64,000 nt of DNA from the NCBI GenBank assembly GCA_963663185.1, contig OY760135.1:664081-728080 (forward strand), written 5' to 3'. The translations under genes were made by a program, and so were the position numbers. The notes under the pieces are model-generated. The model was not told where the DNA came from. It did not search any database and saw nothing but the letters and a program-made list of their open reading frames with translations. This document shows, piece after piece, positions 46,829-57,496 of the stretch. Origin of the DNA: Dehalococcoidia bacterium. GTDB lineage: Bacteria > Chloroflexota > Dehalococcoidia > Bin125. The number at the start of each line of letters is the position of its first letter. Position 1 is the first letter of the stretch.

Positions 46829-49800
46829 ATGGGCGGACTGTTCAGCTCTATTCCGACGGCGTTTCGGATTGCGGTGCGGCGCTTGAACGGCAACCGTCGA
46901 CTGATGGCGGCGGTTGCGGTCGGCGTGATTCTGGCCGTGGCGTTGATGGCGTCAACGTCGATCTATCGCAACACGCTGCAGGATCTGGGCTTGCAAACGG
47001 ATCTGAAGCGGGTGTCGGATCAGGATCTGGATGTGCGGGTCCTGAATGCCGCGCACGGGCTCTCGGGCGGGCAGGCGGAGGAGTCGTTTGCGACGATTGA
47101 TCGCCGTCTGCGGATTCCGCGCGAGTACATCTCGGATACGACCCATTCGCTGACATCGGCGACGTTCTTCATGACCGAGGTCGGGGATACACCGCCCGAT
47201 GAGGACCCACGCGACCGGGCGCGGGTGTTGTGGTTTGAAGGCGTACGTGAGCATGTTGAGGTGGTGGAAGGTCGTTGGCCGACGGCGGCGCCCGCGGCGA
47301 CGCCTGAGGATGCGCCGGTGATTGAAGTCGCGATGGGCGTGGAGGCGGCCGCGTCGGGCGGGTATGAGTTGGGGGAAACGCGCGATATCCATGCGTCATG
47401 GCGGGATGACGCCGGCCCGATCCAGCTGCTGGTGGTAGGGCTGATCCGACCGATCGATTACACGGAGCGTTACTGGGGAGTTCGGCGCGACCACTTCCAG
47501 GTGCCGGTGGAGAAGACGGACGCGTTCGCGTTCTTTGCGCCGCAAGAGACGCTGTTGGCTTCGATGGCGGGCTTCATGCCGGAGCTGCGCGGTCGACTTG
47601 AGGTGACGGCACAAGTCGATCGGGCTGCGTTCGTGGCGGATGATGCGGGGATCGCGGCATTGCGCTTCCGCGGCGCGTTTGAGGCGATTTCGAAGGAGAT
47701 CGATCGGGCGCGGATCGAGTCCGAGATCGTGAACGTACTGAACGACTTTGAGACGAAGGATTTCTTCTCCTCGATTCCGCTGCTGGTGCTGACGCTGCAG
47801 ATCGTAGGAATTGTGCTGTTCTATCTGGTGTTGGTGTCGACGATGGTGGTGGAGCGGCAATCGGCGGAGGTGGCGCTGTTGAAGTCGCGCGGGGCGGGGT
47901 TGGGACACATTATGTCGATTTCAACGATTGAGGGGTTGTTGCTGGTGGCGCTGGCGCTGGGATTGGGGCCGCTGGTCGCGCGCGAGGCGATTGCGTGGCT
48001 GGGATACTCGCCGGCGTTCGAGGGTTTGACGGGCGGCGCGCGCCTGAGTGTGGCGTTGGATGCCGAGGTATACATCTGGGCGGCGATTGGCGCGGTGCTG
48101 AGCTTTGTCGCGTTGCTCTGGCCGGCCTGGAGATCGAATCGCGCGACAGTGGTGGCGTTCGCTCGCTCGACATCGCGACCGCAGGACCGACCGGCGTTTC
48201 AGCGCTATTACCTGGACCTGGTGGTTGTGGGCGTTGGCGCGCTGCTGTTCTTCCAACTGCAGGAGTCTGGCTCTCTGGTGACGGAGGATCTGTTTGGCGG
48301 GTTGCAGCAGGATCCGTTGCTGTTGATCGCGCCGGCTGTGTTCGTGGTGACGGTAGCGGTGTTGTTCTTGCGTCTGTTTCCGCTGTTGTTGTCGGGAGTT
48401 TCGGCGATATCCCGACTGCTGGGCGGAGCGTCGATGCAGATGGTGCTGTGGCACCTGACTCGGGCCCCGGTGCAGCCGGGGCGGCTCGCCTTGCTGCTGA
48501 TCATGGCGACGTCGCTGGGCATGTTCGGCGGTACGTTCGGCGCGACATTGGACAAGTCGTTTGACGATCGGGCAGCGTATCAGTCGGGGGCGGCGCTGCG
48601 GCTTGGGGATTTGCGCAGTAGCGGTTCGTCCGTCTCGATGTTGGAGGCTGACCTGGCAGATGCGCCGGGGATTGGCGACGCGTCGTACGTGATTCGCGCC
48701 AATGCGTCGTTCTCGCGCGGCGCGCTCGACGTGACGGATGCGACGATTCTGGGCATTGAACCAGAGTCGTTTGTAGATGTGTTGTGGTTCCGAGAAGACT
48801 TTGCCTCAGAAGACGCGCGCGCGTTGGTGTCGCTGGCGACAGGTCCGGCGTTCGAGGTGGAGGAGATCGTGGTGCCGGCCGACGCGACCTACGTCGGGAT
48901 GTGGTTCTGGTTGCCGGAGACGAGCGGCGCGATCGCGCCGAATCTTCGCCTGGTGGACTCGTCCGGCCGTTTTCGCGATGTGGCGTTGCTCGGCTTGCCC
49001 CGCGGTCGCGGGTTCGGGATTGGTACGGATCATGCGGAGGGTTGGCGGTTTCTGTTTGGTGATCTGAGAAAGGGCGCCGGATCGCCGCACATTGGGCCGT
49101 GGACATTGCAGGGCGTCAATGTGCGTACGGCGGGCACGACCAACTTCTCGGGCACGGTCGGTTATGACGCGATTCAGTACACCAAAGAATCGACGCTGCC
49201 GGAGGACATTCTTGAGGCGGGTTTTGATGAGGGCGTGATCATTGAGAGCTTTGAAGAGCAGGGGCGTTGGACGGTCCTGACTGACACGACACGCGACGGT
49301 CCGTTGCCAGATGACGCGCGGTTGACATCCGCGCAGGCGTATGACGGCGAAGCGGGCATGCGATATGTCTGGAATCGCACGGTACGCAGCGGGATTCCGC
49401 GCGGGATTCGGCTGGTGGGACCGGATGATCCCTTGCCGGTCGTGGTGAGCAATACGTTCCTGCGAGAAGCATCGCTGGATATGGGGTCGACGATTTTGCT
49501 GGGCACATCAAGCGTGTATGTGCCGGCTCGGGTGGTCGGGAGCTTCGATCTGTTCCCAACCTGGGATCCGGAAGAGCCGCGCTCACTGATTCTGGCGAAT
49601 CGTGACTATCTGTACTACCGGGTGAATCGGAATCCGACGACGGTGGGCGCGCTGTCGCCGAACGAGGTCTGGATTCAGCCGACGGATGAGGATGGTCTGC
49701 GACAGCTGCGCACGTGGTTGGAGGTGGAGTCGCCCTGGAAGCATGATGCGTACGATGTCGACGCGATCCGCAATCTGCAGGACGAGGATCCGTTGGTGGC

Positions 49801-50230
49801 GGCCGGCTGGGAGGGACTGCTGTTCCTGACGTTCATTGCGATCGTGTTGCTGGCGGCGCTGGGCTTCTTGGTGGCGTCGGTGTTGGTGGCGCAACAGCAG
49901 CAGGGAGAGTTTGCGGTGCTGCGGACGTTGGGCTTCTCGCTGCCGCAGGTGCTGTTGATTGTGGGCGTGGAGAAATTGCTGATCATCGCGGTGTCGATGG
50001 GCTTGGGCACGGTGGTGGGCTTGCAGCTGGGGACGATGATGCTGGAGTTTGTCGGCTTCGTCGAGACGGGCGAGACGTTGCTGCCGCCATTCGTGACGGT
50101 GACGGATTGGGCGACGATCGGCGGGGCCTACGGCGTGCTGGGTATGGTGTTCCTGGGAGCGATCGGGATCATTGTGGCGCTGTACATGCGGATGGCGATC
50201 GGGCAGATTCTACGGATCGGCGCGGATTGA
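46829..50230 (+). CDS. FtsX-family permease, giant two-FtsX-domain type (about 1133 aa), divergent paralog
   Basis: Same architecture and alignable blocks (..LLKSRGAG..IMS.STIEG..) as the divergent neighbour. Confidence 0.65.
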   Translation: MGGLFSSIPTAFRIAVRRLNGNRRLMAAVAVGVILAVALMASTSIYRNTLQDLGLQTDLKRVSDQDLDVRVLNAAHGLSGGQAEESFATIDRRLRIPREYISDTTHSLTSATFFMTEVGDTPPDEDPRDRARVLWFEGVREHVEVVEGRWPTAAPAATPEDAPVIEVAMGVEAAASGGYELGETRDIHASWRDDAGPIQLLVVGLIRPIDYTERYWGVRRDHFQVPVEKTDAFAFFAPQETLLASMAGFMPELRGRLEVTAQVDRAAFVADDAGIAALRFRGAFEAISKEIDRARIESEIVNVLNDFETKDFFSSIPLLVLTLQIVGIVLFYLVLVSTMVVERQSAEVALLKSRGAGLGHIMSISTIEGLLLVALALGLGPLVAREAIAWLGYSPAFEGLTGGARLSVALDAEVYIWAAIGAVLSFVALLWPAWRSNRATVVAFARSTSRPQDRPAFQRYYLDLVVVGVGALLFFQLQESGSLVTEDLFGGLQQDPLLLIAPAVFVVTVAVLFLRLFPLLLSGVSAISRLLGGASMQMVLWHLTRAPVQPGRLALLLIMATSLGMFGGTFGATLDKSFDDRAAYQSGAALRLGDLRSSGSSVSMLEADLADAPGIGDASYVIRANASFSRGALDVTDATILGIEPESFVDVLWFREDFASEDARALVSLATGPAFEVEEIVVPADATYVGMWFWLPETSGAIAPNLRLVDSSGRFRDVALLGLPRGRGFGIGTDHAEGWRFLFGDLRKGAGSPHIGPWTLQGVNVRTAGTTNFSGTVGYDAIQYTKESTLPEDILEAGFDEGVIIESFEEQGRWTVLTDTTRDGPLPDDARLTSAQAYDGEAGMRYVWNRTVRSGIPRGIRLVGPDDPLPVVVSNTFLREASLDMGSTILLGTSSVYVPARVVGSFDLFPTWDPEEPRSLILANRDYLYYRVNRNPTTVGALSPNEVWIQPTDEDGLRQLRTWLEVESPWKHDAYDVDAIRNLQDEDPLVAAGWEGLLFLTFIAIVLLAALGFLVASVLVAQQQQGEFAVLRTLGFSLPQVLLIVGVEKLLIIAVSMGLGTVVGLQLGTMMLEFVGFVETGETLLPPFVTVTDWATIGGAYGVLGMVFLGAIGIIVALYMRMAIGQILRIGAD

Positions 50231-50290
50231 GGGCTTCGCTGGCAGCTGGCAGGTCGGCGCGCGCAGGGAAGGTTCAGCAGTCAGCAGCGG

Positions 50291-51727
50291 TTAGCCGCCG
50301 CCCCCACCGCCTCCACCTCCGCTGCCGACGCGTTCCTCAGCGACGGATCGTTGGGGAGCGGGGCGAGCGGACAGGTCGAGTGGTCGTAGCGCCGCTCCAG
50401 CGGTGGCTGCTATTTCTCGCACCACTCCCTGCGCCATGCGCCGACCCTCTTCGACAATGCCGCCGTTGCGGATGATCGTGCGAATGCGCGGCAGTCCCAA
50501 TGCCAGGAGCATGATGACGGCAAAGATGAAGCCTGGTCCGATGAGCAATGGTCGGATGCTGATGTAATCGGCAGCGAGTCCGTTGGCCAGGATCATGACG
50601 GCCATGATGCCACCGGCGAACATTGAGTAGAGAGACATAACTCGCCCGCGAAGCGAGTCGGGCAGCACTGCCTGGATCATGGCGCTCGTGAGCGCCATGT
50701 ACATGGCCTGGCTTGCGCCTGCGAGCACACCGCCAATCAGAGCGAGCAGCAGCGAGTCGGCGAATCCCATCCAGACGAGGGACAGACCGGAGAATATGCC
50801 GACGACCATGAAGACGCGGCCGCGGATGGCGCCCAACGGCAGCATGGACAGCGCGATGGTGGAGACGAGTGCGCCGCCGCCGATCGCCATCAGCAGGTAG
50901 CCATATTCTGATTGACCGCCGCCGAGAATGAGGTCGGCATAGGCGGGCAGCAGTGAGAAGTCGAACGCCATGGTGAACATGCAGTGGAGAGAGACCATCA
51001 CGATCATCAGGCGTACCGACGGGGCTTTGCCGAGATAGCTCATTCCTTCATAAATGTGGCGCGCACTGTCCCGCAGGAGTCCGCCGGTGTGACCTTGAAT
51101 GCCGCCTGTGGAGCGGGTCCGGATGCGCGTCATTTGAAAAATCGAGAGGAAGAGGAAGATGGCGGCAGCGGCAAACACCCACTCGGCGCCGAATGCCTTG
51201 AGGATGGGCCCGGCGACAGGACCGATCACTTTGGAGCCGAACTGCATCATGGAGGCCATCGTGATGGCGCTGAGCAGGGCCGTGATTTTGACCGTGTTGG
51301 GCAGCAGGGCTTGCTGCGCTGGCATCTCGCCGGAGCGAATGAGTCCCGAGAACGCCGTGATCAACACGAGGTTCCACATGGCGATCAGTCCGCTGAAGGC
51401 GAGAAAGGCCAGTGCGATTGCGCAGATGGCAGCTCCGAGTCGGCAGATAATCACGATGCGGGCGCGGTCGAACCGGTCAGCGAGCGCGCCGCCAATCGGC
51501 GCGAGGACCCACGGCCCGATCGCGGCGAATGTGACGATTGCCGTGCCCGACGGATTGCCGGTCAGCTCGTAGGCAAGCCAGCCGCGCGCGGTGATCATGG
51601 CCCACAGCGAGATCGCCGACAATCCGGCCGCGTAAAACAAGCGGCGATATTCGAGGTACTCCATTGCCGGGAATAGCCGTAACAGCCGCCCCGGCTGACT
51701 GCCCGCCACCTCAGCTCTCTGGCTCAT
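50291..51727 (-). CDS. MFS transporter (EntS/enterobactin-exporter-like) with C-terminal poly-Gly tail
   Basis: 12 predicted TM helices; ..GPWVLAPIGGALADRFDR.. MFS motif A; ends ..GSGGGGGGGGG. Confidence 0.7.
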   Translation of the reverse strand: MSQRAEVAGSQPGRLLRLFPAMEYLEYRRLFYAAGLSAISLWAMITARGWLAYELTGNPSGTAIVTFAAIGPWVLAPIGGALADRFDRARIVIICRLGAAICAIALAFLAFSGLIAMWNLVLITAFSGLIRSGEMPAQQALLPNTVKITALLSAITMASMMQFGSKVIGPVAGPILKAFGAEWVFAAAAIFLFLSIFQMTRIRTRSTGGIQGHTGGLLRDSARHIYEGMSYLGKAPSVRLMIVMVSLHCMFTMAFDFSLLPAYADLILGGGQSEYGYLLMAIGGGALVSTIALSMLPLGAIRGRVFMVVGIFSGLSLVWMGFADSLLLALIGGVLAGASQAMYMALTSAMIQAVLPDSLRGRVMSLYSMFAGGIMAVMILANGLAADYISIRPLLIGPGFIFAVIMLLALGLPRIRTIIRNGGIVEEGRRMAQGVVREIAATAGAALRPLDLSARPAPQRSVAEERVGSGGGGGGGGG

Positions 51728-51835
51728 CCGCGATCACCTTCACTGTCTCAATTCGCCTCATGCTAAGCGTTGGCATGGAGTTCTGCCATTACGCTAGCCG
51801 CTAGACGACGAATCGCCATGAGATGGGGCAATGAG

Positions 51836-53518
51836 ATGACTGCTGCTGACCGACTGCGCGAGCGATCGAGCGTGCTGGTGGATGGGCCGAATCGCGCTGC
51901 GGCGCGCTCGCAGCTGTACTCGGTGGGGTACGACGATGAGGCGCTGTCGAAGCCGTTGGTAATGGTGGCGCATTCGTGGATTGGGACGATGCCGTGCAAC
52001 TTCTCGCACCGCGAGTTGGCGCAGGACGTGATGCGCGGGATCCGCGAAGCCGGCGGCACGCCGATGGAGGTGAACACGGTCTCGATTTCGGACGGGATCA
52101 CGATGGGCACCGAGGGCATGAAGGCGTCGTTGATCTCGCGCGAGATCATCACGGACTCGATTGAGCTGTGCGCCGTGGGGTATGCGTTTGACGCCGCGGT
52201 GGTGATCTGCGGTTGCGACAAAACGATCCCGGCTGCGGCGATGGCGATGGCGCGGATCAATATTCCGTCGGTGGCGCTGTATTCCGGTTCGATTGCGCCG
52301 GGTCGGCACCACGACGGTCGTGATCTGACGATTCAGGACGTGTTCGAGGCGGTTGGGCAGCACTCGGCGGGGACGATCGACGACGAGGAGTTGCATCAGG
52401 TGGCGCTGAACGCGTGTCCTGGCGCAGGCGCGTGCGGCGCGCAGTACACGGCGAACACGATGGCGACGACGCTGGAGTTCCTGGGGCTGTCGCCGATGGG
52501 CTCAGCGACGGTGGGGGCAACGGACCCGCGCAAGCGGAACGTTGGCGAGGACGCTGGGCGGCTCGTGATGGAGGTGTTGGCGCGCGGGGTGAGGCCGCGC
52601 GATCTTCTGACGAAGGAGGCGTTGGAGAACGGGATCGCCTGCGCGGCCTCGACAGGCGGTTCAACGAATGTGGTGTTGCATCTACTGGCGCTGGCGCGCG
52701 AGGCCGGGGTTGAGCTGAACATCGATGATTTTGACCGTGTCTCGGAGCAGACGCCGCTGATCGGAGACTTGCGTCCGGGCGGACGATACGTGGCGCTGGA
52801 CATGGATCGGGCAGGCGGGACGCCGCTGTTGGCGAAGCGATTGTTGGAGGCGGGCAAGCTGCATGGCGATGCGATGACGGTCAGTGGGCAGACCATCGCG
52901 GAGGCAGCCTCGGACGCTGAGGAGACACCTGGCCAGGACGTGATTCTGCCGGTCGAGCGAGCGTTGAAGGAGACGGGTGGGTTGGTGATTTTGAAAGGTT
53001 CACTGGCGCCGGCGGGCTGCGTAGTGAAGGTGGCGGGATACGAGCGTTTACTGCAGAGCGGTCCGGCGCGGGTGTTTGAGCGCGAGGAGGACGCAATGGC
53101 GGCGGTCACGAATCACGAGATTCAGGCGGGCGACATCGTGGTGATCCGATACGAGGGTCCGAAAGGCGGTCCAGGGATGCGCGAGATGCTGGGCGTCACG
53201 GCGGCGATCGTCGGCGCGGGACTGGGCGAGTCGGTGGCGCTGCTGACGGACGGCCGGTTCTCTGGCGCGACGCGCGGGCTGATGGCTGGCCACGTTGCGC
53301 CGGAGGCGTTCGTCGGCGGACCGATCGCGCTGGTCAAAGAGGGCGATCTGATCACGCTGGATATCGCGAATCGCGAGCTGAATCTGGAAGTCGAAGAGGC
53401 TGAGCTGGCGAGTCGACGGGCGCGTTGGAGTCGGCCGCAGGCGAATTACGATCACGGCGTCTTTGCGAAGTACGCGACGCTGGTGTCGGGCGCGGAACGC
53501 GGCGCGGTGACGAGCTAG
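51836..53518 (+). CDS. ilvD: dihydroxy-acid dehydratase
   Basis: ..[23 protein letters not shown].., ..CDKTIPA.., ..[17 protein letters not shown].. are IlvD/Edd signature motifs. Confidence 0.9.
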   Translation: MTAADRLRERSSVLVDGPNRAAARSQLYSVGYDDEALSKPLVMVAHSWIGTMPCNFSHRELAQDVMRGIREAGGTPMEVNTVSISDGITMGTEGMKASLISREIITDSIELCAVGYAFDAAVVICGCDKTIPAAAMAMARINIPSVALYSGSIAPGRHHDGRDLTIQDVFEAVGQHSAGTIDDEELHQVALNACPGAGACGAQYTANTMATTLEFLGLSPMGSATVGATDPRKRNVGEDAGRLVMEVLARGVRPRDLLTKEALENGIACAASTGGSTNVVLHLLALAREAGVELNIDDFDRVSEQTPLIGDLRPGGRYVALDMDRAGGTPLLAKRLLEAGKLHGDAMTVSGQTIAEAASDAEETPGQDVILPVERALKETGGLVILKGSLAPAGCVVKVAGYERLLQSGPARVFEREEDAMAAVTNHEIQAGDIVVIRYEGPKGGPGMREMLGVTAAIVGAGLGESVALLTDGRFSGATRGLMAGHVAPEAFVGGPIALVKEGDLITLDIANRELNLEVEEAELASRRARWSRPQANYDHGVFAKYATLVSGAERGAVTS

Positions 53519-53552
53519 GACTTGTGCGGGCGCCGAGCGGTTGAGCGCTGCT

Positions 53553-54191
53553 TCAATACCATTTGCGTTTGCGCCTGCGTTTTCGGCGCCCGAAGCCGGG
53601 GCTGCTGCTGCGGGATGATGACCCCATGAGGACGGAGAAGAGGCTATTGCGACTTCTGCGACCGAAGACAATCCTGCTGAACATGTTGAACACTTCGAGC
53701 CAACCGATGGACTTGGGCTGCTTGCCGGCGGCGCGACGATGTTTGCGGAAGTCCCACGGATACACGATCTGGTCGTCTTGCCAGACGCCGAGTCCTTCTT
53801 TGCGTGCGTAACGTTCGAGGTTCTCGAACTCGCCGAGCTTGTCGCCGTATTCCTTGTACCAATGCGCCCAGCCGGTGCGCACCATTTCATGGTTCGCGGA
53901 GAGGATGCCGACGCCGTTGGTGCTTCGGTAGACGGACGAATCGTCCTCGCAATAGATCAGGCCGACGAGGCGTTGATAGTGATCCTTGTCGATGACGTGG
54001 AGTCTCCAGTCGCGACCACGGCTCAGGATCTGGTTGAGCATCTTGGTCGAGGATGCGCCGCGCTGTTGGGCTGTTTCGGGGGCGTCGATGCCATACATGC
54101 GAACCGATTGCTCGCTGCCGTCGGGGAGTCGCACCTTGACGGAGTCGCCATCGATCACGCGCAGAATCTTGACGGGGTAATCCTCGGCCAT
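53553..54191 (-). CDS. thermonuclease (SNase-like) with basic C-terminal tail
   Basis: ..VKILRVIDGDSVKVRLPDGSEQSVRMYGIDAPE.. is the staphylococcal-nuclease family motif; C-terminus ..GRRKRRRKRKWY. Confidence 0.7.
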   Translation of the reverse strand: MAEDYPVKILRVIDGDSVKVRLPDGSEQSVRMYGIDAPETAQQRGASSTKMLNQILSRGRDWRLHVIDKDHYQRLVGLIYCEDDSSVYRSTNGVGILSANHEMVRTGWAHWYKEYGDKLGEFENLERYARKEGLGVWQDDQIVYPWDFRKHRRAAGKQPKSIGWLEVFNMFSRIVFGRRSRNSLFSVLMGSSSRSSSPGFGRRKRRRKRKWY

Positions 54192-54277
54192 GAAGCGATG
54201 TTACTGGATCAGGGACGAATGCGGTACCCGATCGGGATCAGCAGAGGTTACCGACTCAGGATTGCTAGCCTCCGTTC

Positions 54278-55066
54278 ATGGCTCGCATGCAGGTGACCGC
54301 AGATCTGTCGTTGGATGTGGTGGACGAGGGTCAGGACGAGCTCGTGCTGTTGATTGCCGGCGGATTCATGGATATGGATCAATGGGCGCCGGTAGCGGAG
54401 AGGTTGGCTGAGAGTTGCCGCGCGGTTCGTTACGACCAGCGGGGGATTGGCGCGTCGGATCAGACGACTGAGGGCTACACGATCGAGCAGTTTGCTGAGG
54501 ATGCGATCGGCCTGATCGAGGGGTTGGGCGGCGGTCCGGCAACCCTGGTCGGAAATTCGCTGGGCGGATCGGTTGCGATGGCAGCCGCCTTTGCAGCGCC
54601 GGAGTTGGTGAAGGGTCTGGTGTTGTGCGCGACGTCATCAGGTCCGCAGGGCCCACCGACGCCTGTGGAGACGATGCAACGGATGATGCGTGGCGCGTCG
54701 TTGCCGGTGCCGCAGGCAGCGTCGGCGATGATGGATATTCTGTTCGCCACTGATTACATTGATGAGCATCCGGCGATGTTGGACGCGGCGATTGAGAAGC
54801 GGAGTCAGGGATCGCCGATGATGGCGGCGCTGGGACCGTTGCAGTCGGCGCTGGTGTTTGATCCACTCGAGCGGTTGGCGGAGATCGGCTTGCCGTTACT
54901 GGTGTTGCACGGCGAGGAGGATGTGGTCGTATTGCCGGAGCATGGCGAGCGGTTGGCGTCGGTTGGAGGTGGTGAGCTGCGGCTCGTGGCGGACGCGGGC
55001 CATGCGTTGGTGGTTGAGCGCGAGGAGTTGGCGGCGAGGGCTATTTTGGGCTGGTTGGGAGAGTGA
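54278..55066 (+). CDS. alpha/beta-fold hydrolase
   Basis: ..VLLIAGGFMDMDQWAP.. and ..GNSLGGSVAM.. (nucleophile elbow). Confidence 0.7.
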   Translation: MARMQVTADLSLDVVDEGQDELVLLIAGGFMDMDQWAPVAERLAESCRAVRYDQRGIGASDQTTEGYTIEQFAEDAIGLIEGLGGGPATLVGNSLGGSVAMAAAFAAPELVKGLVLCATSSGPQGPPTPVETMQRMMRGASLPVPQAASAMMDILFATDYIDEHPAMLDAAIEKRSQGSPMMAALGPLQSALVFDPLERLAEIGLPLLVLHGEEDVVVLPEHGERLASVGGGELRLVADAGHALVVEREELAARAILGWLGE

Positions 55067-55085
55067 AGGAATTGAGGGACGGTAA

Positions 55086-55175
55086 GGGAGATACCTCTCC
55101 GCTCCTGGGTCCCCTTCTCTGAGAGGGGGAGGGGCTACTTCCCTGTTCTCCCCCGTGATGGGGACGAGGGGGAGA
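55086..55175. repeat. cluster of GGGAGAGG/CCTCTCCC-type palindromic hairpins (REP-like)
   Basis: tccccttctctgagagggggagggg and tctccccc-gtgatggggacga-gggggaga (55147-55175), between the hydrolase gene and rho. Related palindromes occur at 12309-12327 (cctccccc-aga-gggggagg) and 22824-22845. Confidence 0.6.
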
Positions 55176-55177
55176 GG

Positions 55178-56455
55178 TTAGGCCTCGGCGGCGGTGAGGT
55201 TTTCGAGGAATTCTGAGTTCGACTTGGTGCGGGCCAGGCGATCAAGCAGGCGCTCGGTCGGTTCGGTGGCGCCACCGCCGGAGCCGGCGAGGACGGACAT
55301 CATGCGCCGCAAGAGCCAGACGCGTTGCAGCTCCTCGCCAGAGAGCAGGAGCTCCTCTCGGCGGGTGGAGGAGCCGGCGATATCGATCGCGGGGTAGATG
55401 CGACGCTCGGCGAGCTTGCGGTCGAGTCGCACTTCCCAGTTGCCGGTGCCTTTGAACTCTTCGAACACGACGTCGTCAAGCCGTGAGCCGGTGTCGACGA
55501 GGCAGGTAGCGATGACGGTGAGGGAGCCGCCTTCCTCGGCCTTGCGGGCGGAGCCGAAGAATCGCTTGGGCGGGTAGAGGGCGACCGGGTCGATGCCGCC
55601 GGAGAGCGTGCGGCCAGTGGAAGGCATTTCGAGGTTGTAGGCGCGAGTGAGGCGCGTGATGGAGTCGAGCAGAATGACCACGTCACGGCCCATTTCCATG
55701 AGCCGCTTGGCGCGATCGAGTCCGAGTTCGGCGACGCGGGTGTGTTCCTCGACCGGTTCGTCAAAGGTGGAGGCGATCACTTCGCCGCGCACGGAGCGCT
55801 TCATTTCGGTGACTTCTTCGGGCCGCTCGCCGATCAGGACGACCATGAGGTGTACCTCAGGGTGGTTGACGGCGACGCCGTTGGCGATGGATTGGAGCAG
55901 CATGGTCTTGCCGGCTTTGGGCGGGCTGACGATGAGGCCGCGTTGCCCGCGTCCCATTGGCGCGACGAGGTCGATGACGCGGCCGGAGAGTTCGGCGGGA
56001 TCATCGGTCTCGAGCTCGAATCGTTGGTGTGGGAAGACTGCGGTGAGGGTTTCAAAGTTGGGTCGTTGGGCGGCGTCAACCGGGCTGACGCCATTGACGA
56101 GATCGACACGCGCCATGCCGTAGTACTTTTCGCCTTGGCGAGGTGGACGCACGGAGCCGATCACGTAGTCGCCGGTACGCAGGTCATTTTTTCGGACGAG
56201 GTTTTGGGCGACGTATACGTCAGTGGGGGCGGGGAGCAGCGATTCGCCGCGTAAGAATCCGTAGGAGTCGTCAACGATTTCGAGGACGCCGCCGGAGAGG
56301 AAGTGGCCTTCGGCCTCGGACTGCGCTTGCAGGATGCGAAGGACGATGTCCTGCTTCTTGAGTCCGGAGAGGCCGTTGACATTGAGATCGCGGGCGGTGG
56401 CGAGCAGTTCATCGCGGGTGAGGTGCTCTAGATCGGGAATGTTCAGGCTCGTCAT
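55178..56455 (-). CDS. rho: transcription termination factor Rho
   Basis: ..[29 protein letters not shown].. (Walker A), ..FDEPVEEH.., ..[41 protein letters not shown].. Confidence 0.95.
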   Translation of the reverse strand: MTSLNIPDLEHLTRDELLATARDLNVNGLSGLKKQDIVLRILQAQSEAEGHFLSGGVLEIVDDSYGFLRGESLLPAPTDVYVAQNLVRKNDLRTGDYVIGSVRPPRQGEKYYGMARVDLVNGVSPVDAAQRPNFETLTAVFPHQRFELETDDPAELSGRVIDLVAPMGRGQRGLIVSPPKAGKTMLLQSIANGVAVNHPEVHLMVVLIGERPEEVTEMKRSVRGEVIASTFDEPVEEHTRVAELGLDRAKRLMEMGRDVVILLDSITRLTRAYNLEMPSTGRTLSGGIDPVALYPPKRFFGSARKAEEGGSLTVIATCLVDTGSRLDDVVFEEFKGTGNWEVRLDRKLAERRIYPAIDIAGSSTRREELLLSGEELQRVWLLRRMMSVLAGSGGGATEPTERLLDRLARTKSNSEFLENLTAAEA

Positions 56456-56716
56456 CGCTACCTCGTCAGGCGTGTGCTGTTGCGGTTGGGTTGGGGCGTG
56501 TTGGTGTCAGGACTGTGAACGTGCAAATGCTGCACCGATCGTCGTTGCCGGCTCCCAATGCGCGATGTACTTCCGTGCGCGAGTGTCGGGTGGCCCTTGG
56601 CAAGCAAACTGAACGGGTCATCTCAAATGGTAATCGTGAATGGCACGCTTCGCAAGCATGGCATCGAAAGTTTGTACAGGAGCGTCCGGTCGCGCTGACC
56701 TGGTCGGTTGATCACG
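56456..56716 (-). promoter_or_regulatory. rho leader with C-rich/G-poor (rut-like) tract
   Basis: The minus-strand leader reads ..cacagtcctgacaccaacacgccccaacccaaccgcaacagcacacgcctgacgaggtagcg-ATG. It is 260 nt long. Confidence 0.4.
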
Positions 56717-57406
56717 TTAGCTGACTGGTTGGGCGCGGAGTTGGGCTTCCGCCTGATGCCAGTCGGCGAGAAAGGCCTGGATGCCCTTGTCAGTGAGCGG
56801 ATGCTGCTGCATCTGTTCAAGCACGGAGAAGGGGATCGTGGCGATGTGGGCGCCCGCGCGCGCGGCTTCGGCGGTGTGGTCGGTGTGTCGTAAGGATGCG
56901 GCGATGACCTGGCAGGGAAGGTTGAAGCGGTCAAGCAGGTTGACGCAGTCAGCGACGAGTTGGATGCCGTGCTCGCCGATGTCGTCAAGCCGCCCGACGA
57001 AGGGAGAGACGTAGGCAGCGCCGGCGCGGGCGGCGAGGAGCGCCTGGTTGAGCGAGAAGATGAGCGTGGTGTTGATCTGGATGCCTTCGTCGGAGAGTGC
57101 CTTGATCGCGGCGAGGCCTGGTCCGTCGATCGGAATCTTGACGACGACGCTCGGGTGCCAGCTGGCGAGTTCGCGAGCTTCCTCGATCAGTTCGGCGGTG
57201 CTGCGTGACACACATTCGGCGGAGATAGGGCCGTCGACGATCTCGGCGATGCGGAGGATGCGTTCGCGGTAGCTGAGCGCGTTGGAGTCCTCGTGAGCGA
57301 CGGCTCGGGCGTGGAGCGAGGGATTGGTGGTGATGCCGTCGCAGACGCCCCAATTGACGGCCTGTTGGATTTCGTCGAGGCGAGCGGTGTCGAGGAAGAT
57401 TTGCAT
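56717..57406 (-). CDS. transaldolase / fructose-6-phosphate aldolase (short TalC/Fsa type)
   Basis: MQIFLDTA.., ..GITTNPSL.., ..VKIP.. (Schiff-base Lys region); 229 aa. Confidence 0.8.
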   Translation of the reverse strand: MQIFLDTARLDEIQQAVNWGVCDGITTNPSLHARAVAHEDSNALSYRERILRIAEIVDGPISAECVSRSTAELIEEARELASWHPSVVVKIPIDGPGLAAIKALSDEGIQINTTLIFSLNQALLAARAGAAYVSPFVGRLDDIGEHGIQLVADCVNLLDRFNLPCQVIAASLRHTDHTAEAARAGAHIATIPFSVLEQMQQHPLTDKGIQAFLADWHQAEAQLRAQPVS

Positions 57407-57496
57407 GTCGTTGGGTTCCCTTGACAGACGAGTGGGTGGCGGCGAGGCGTGGGTGCAGCGATGGTTGGCTGTGATGGCTGCGAGTTGGATGAGCAG

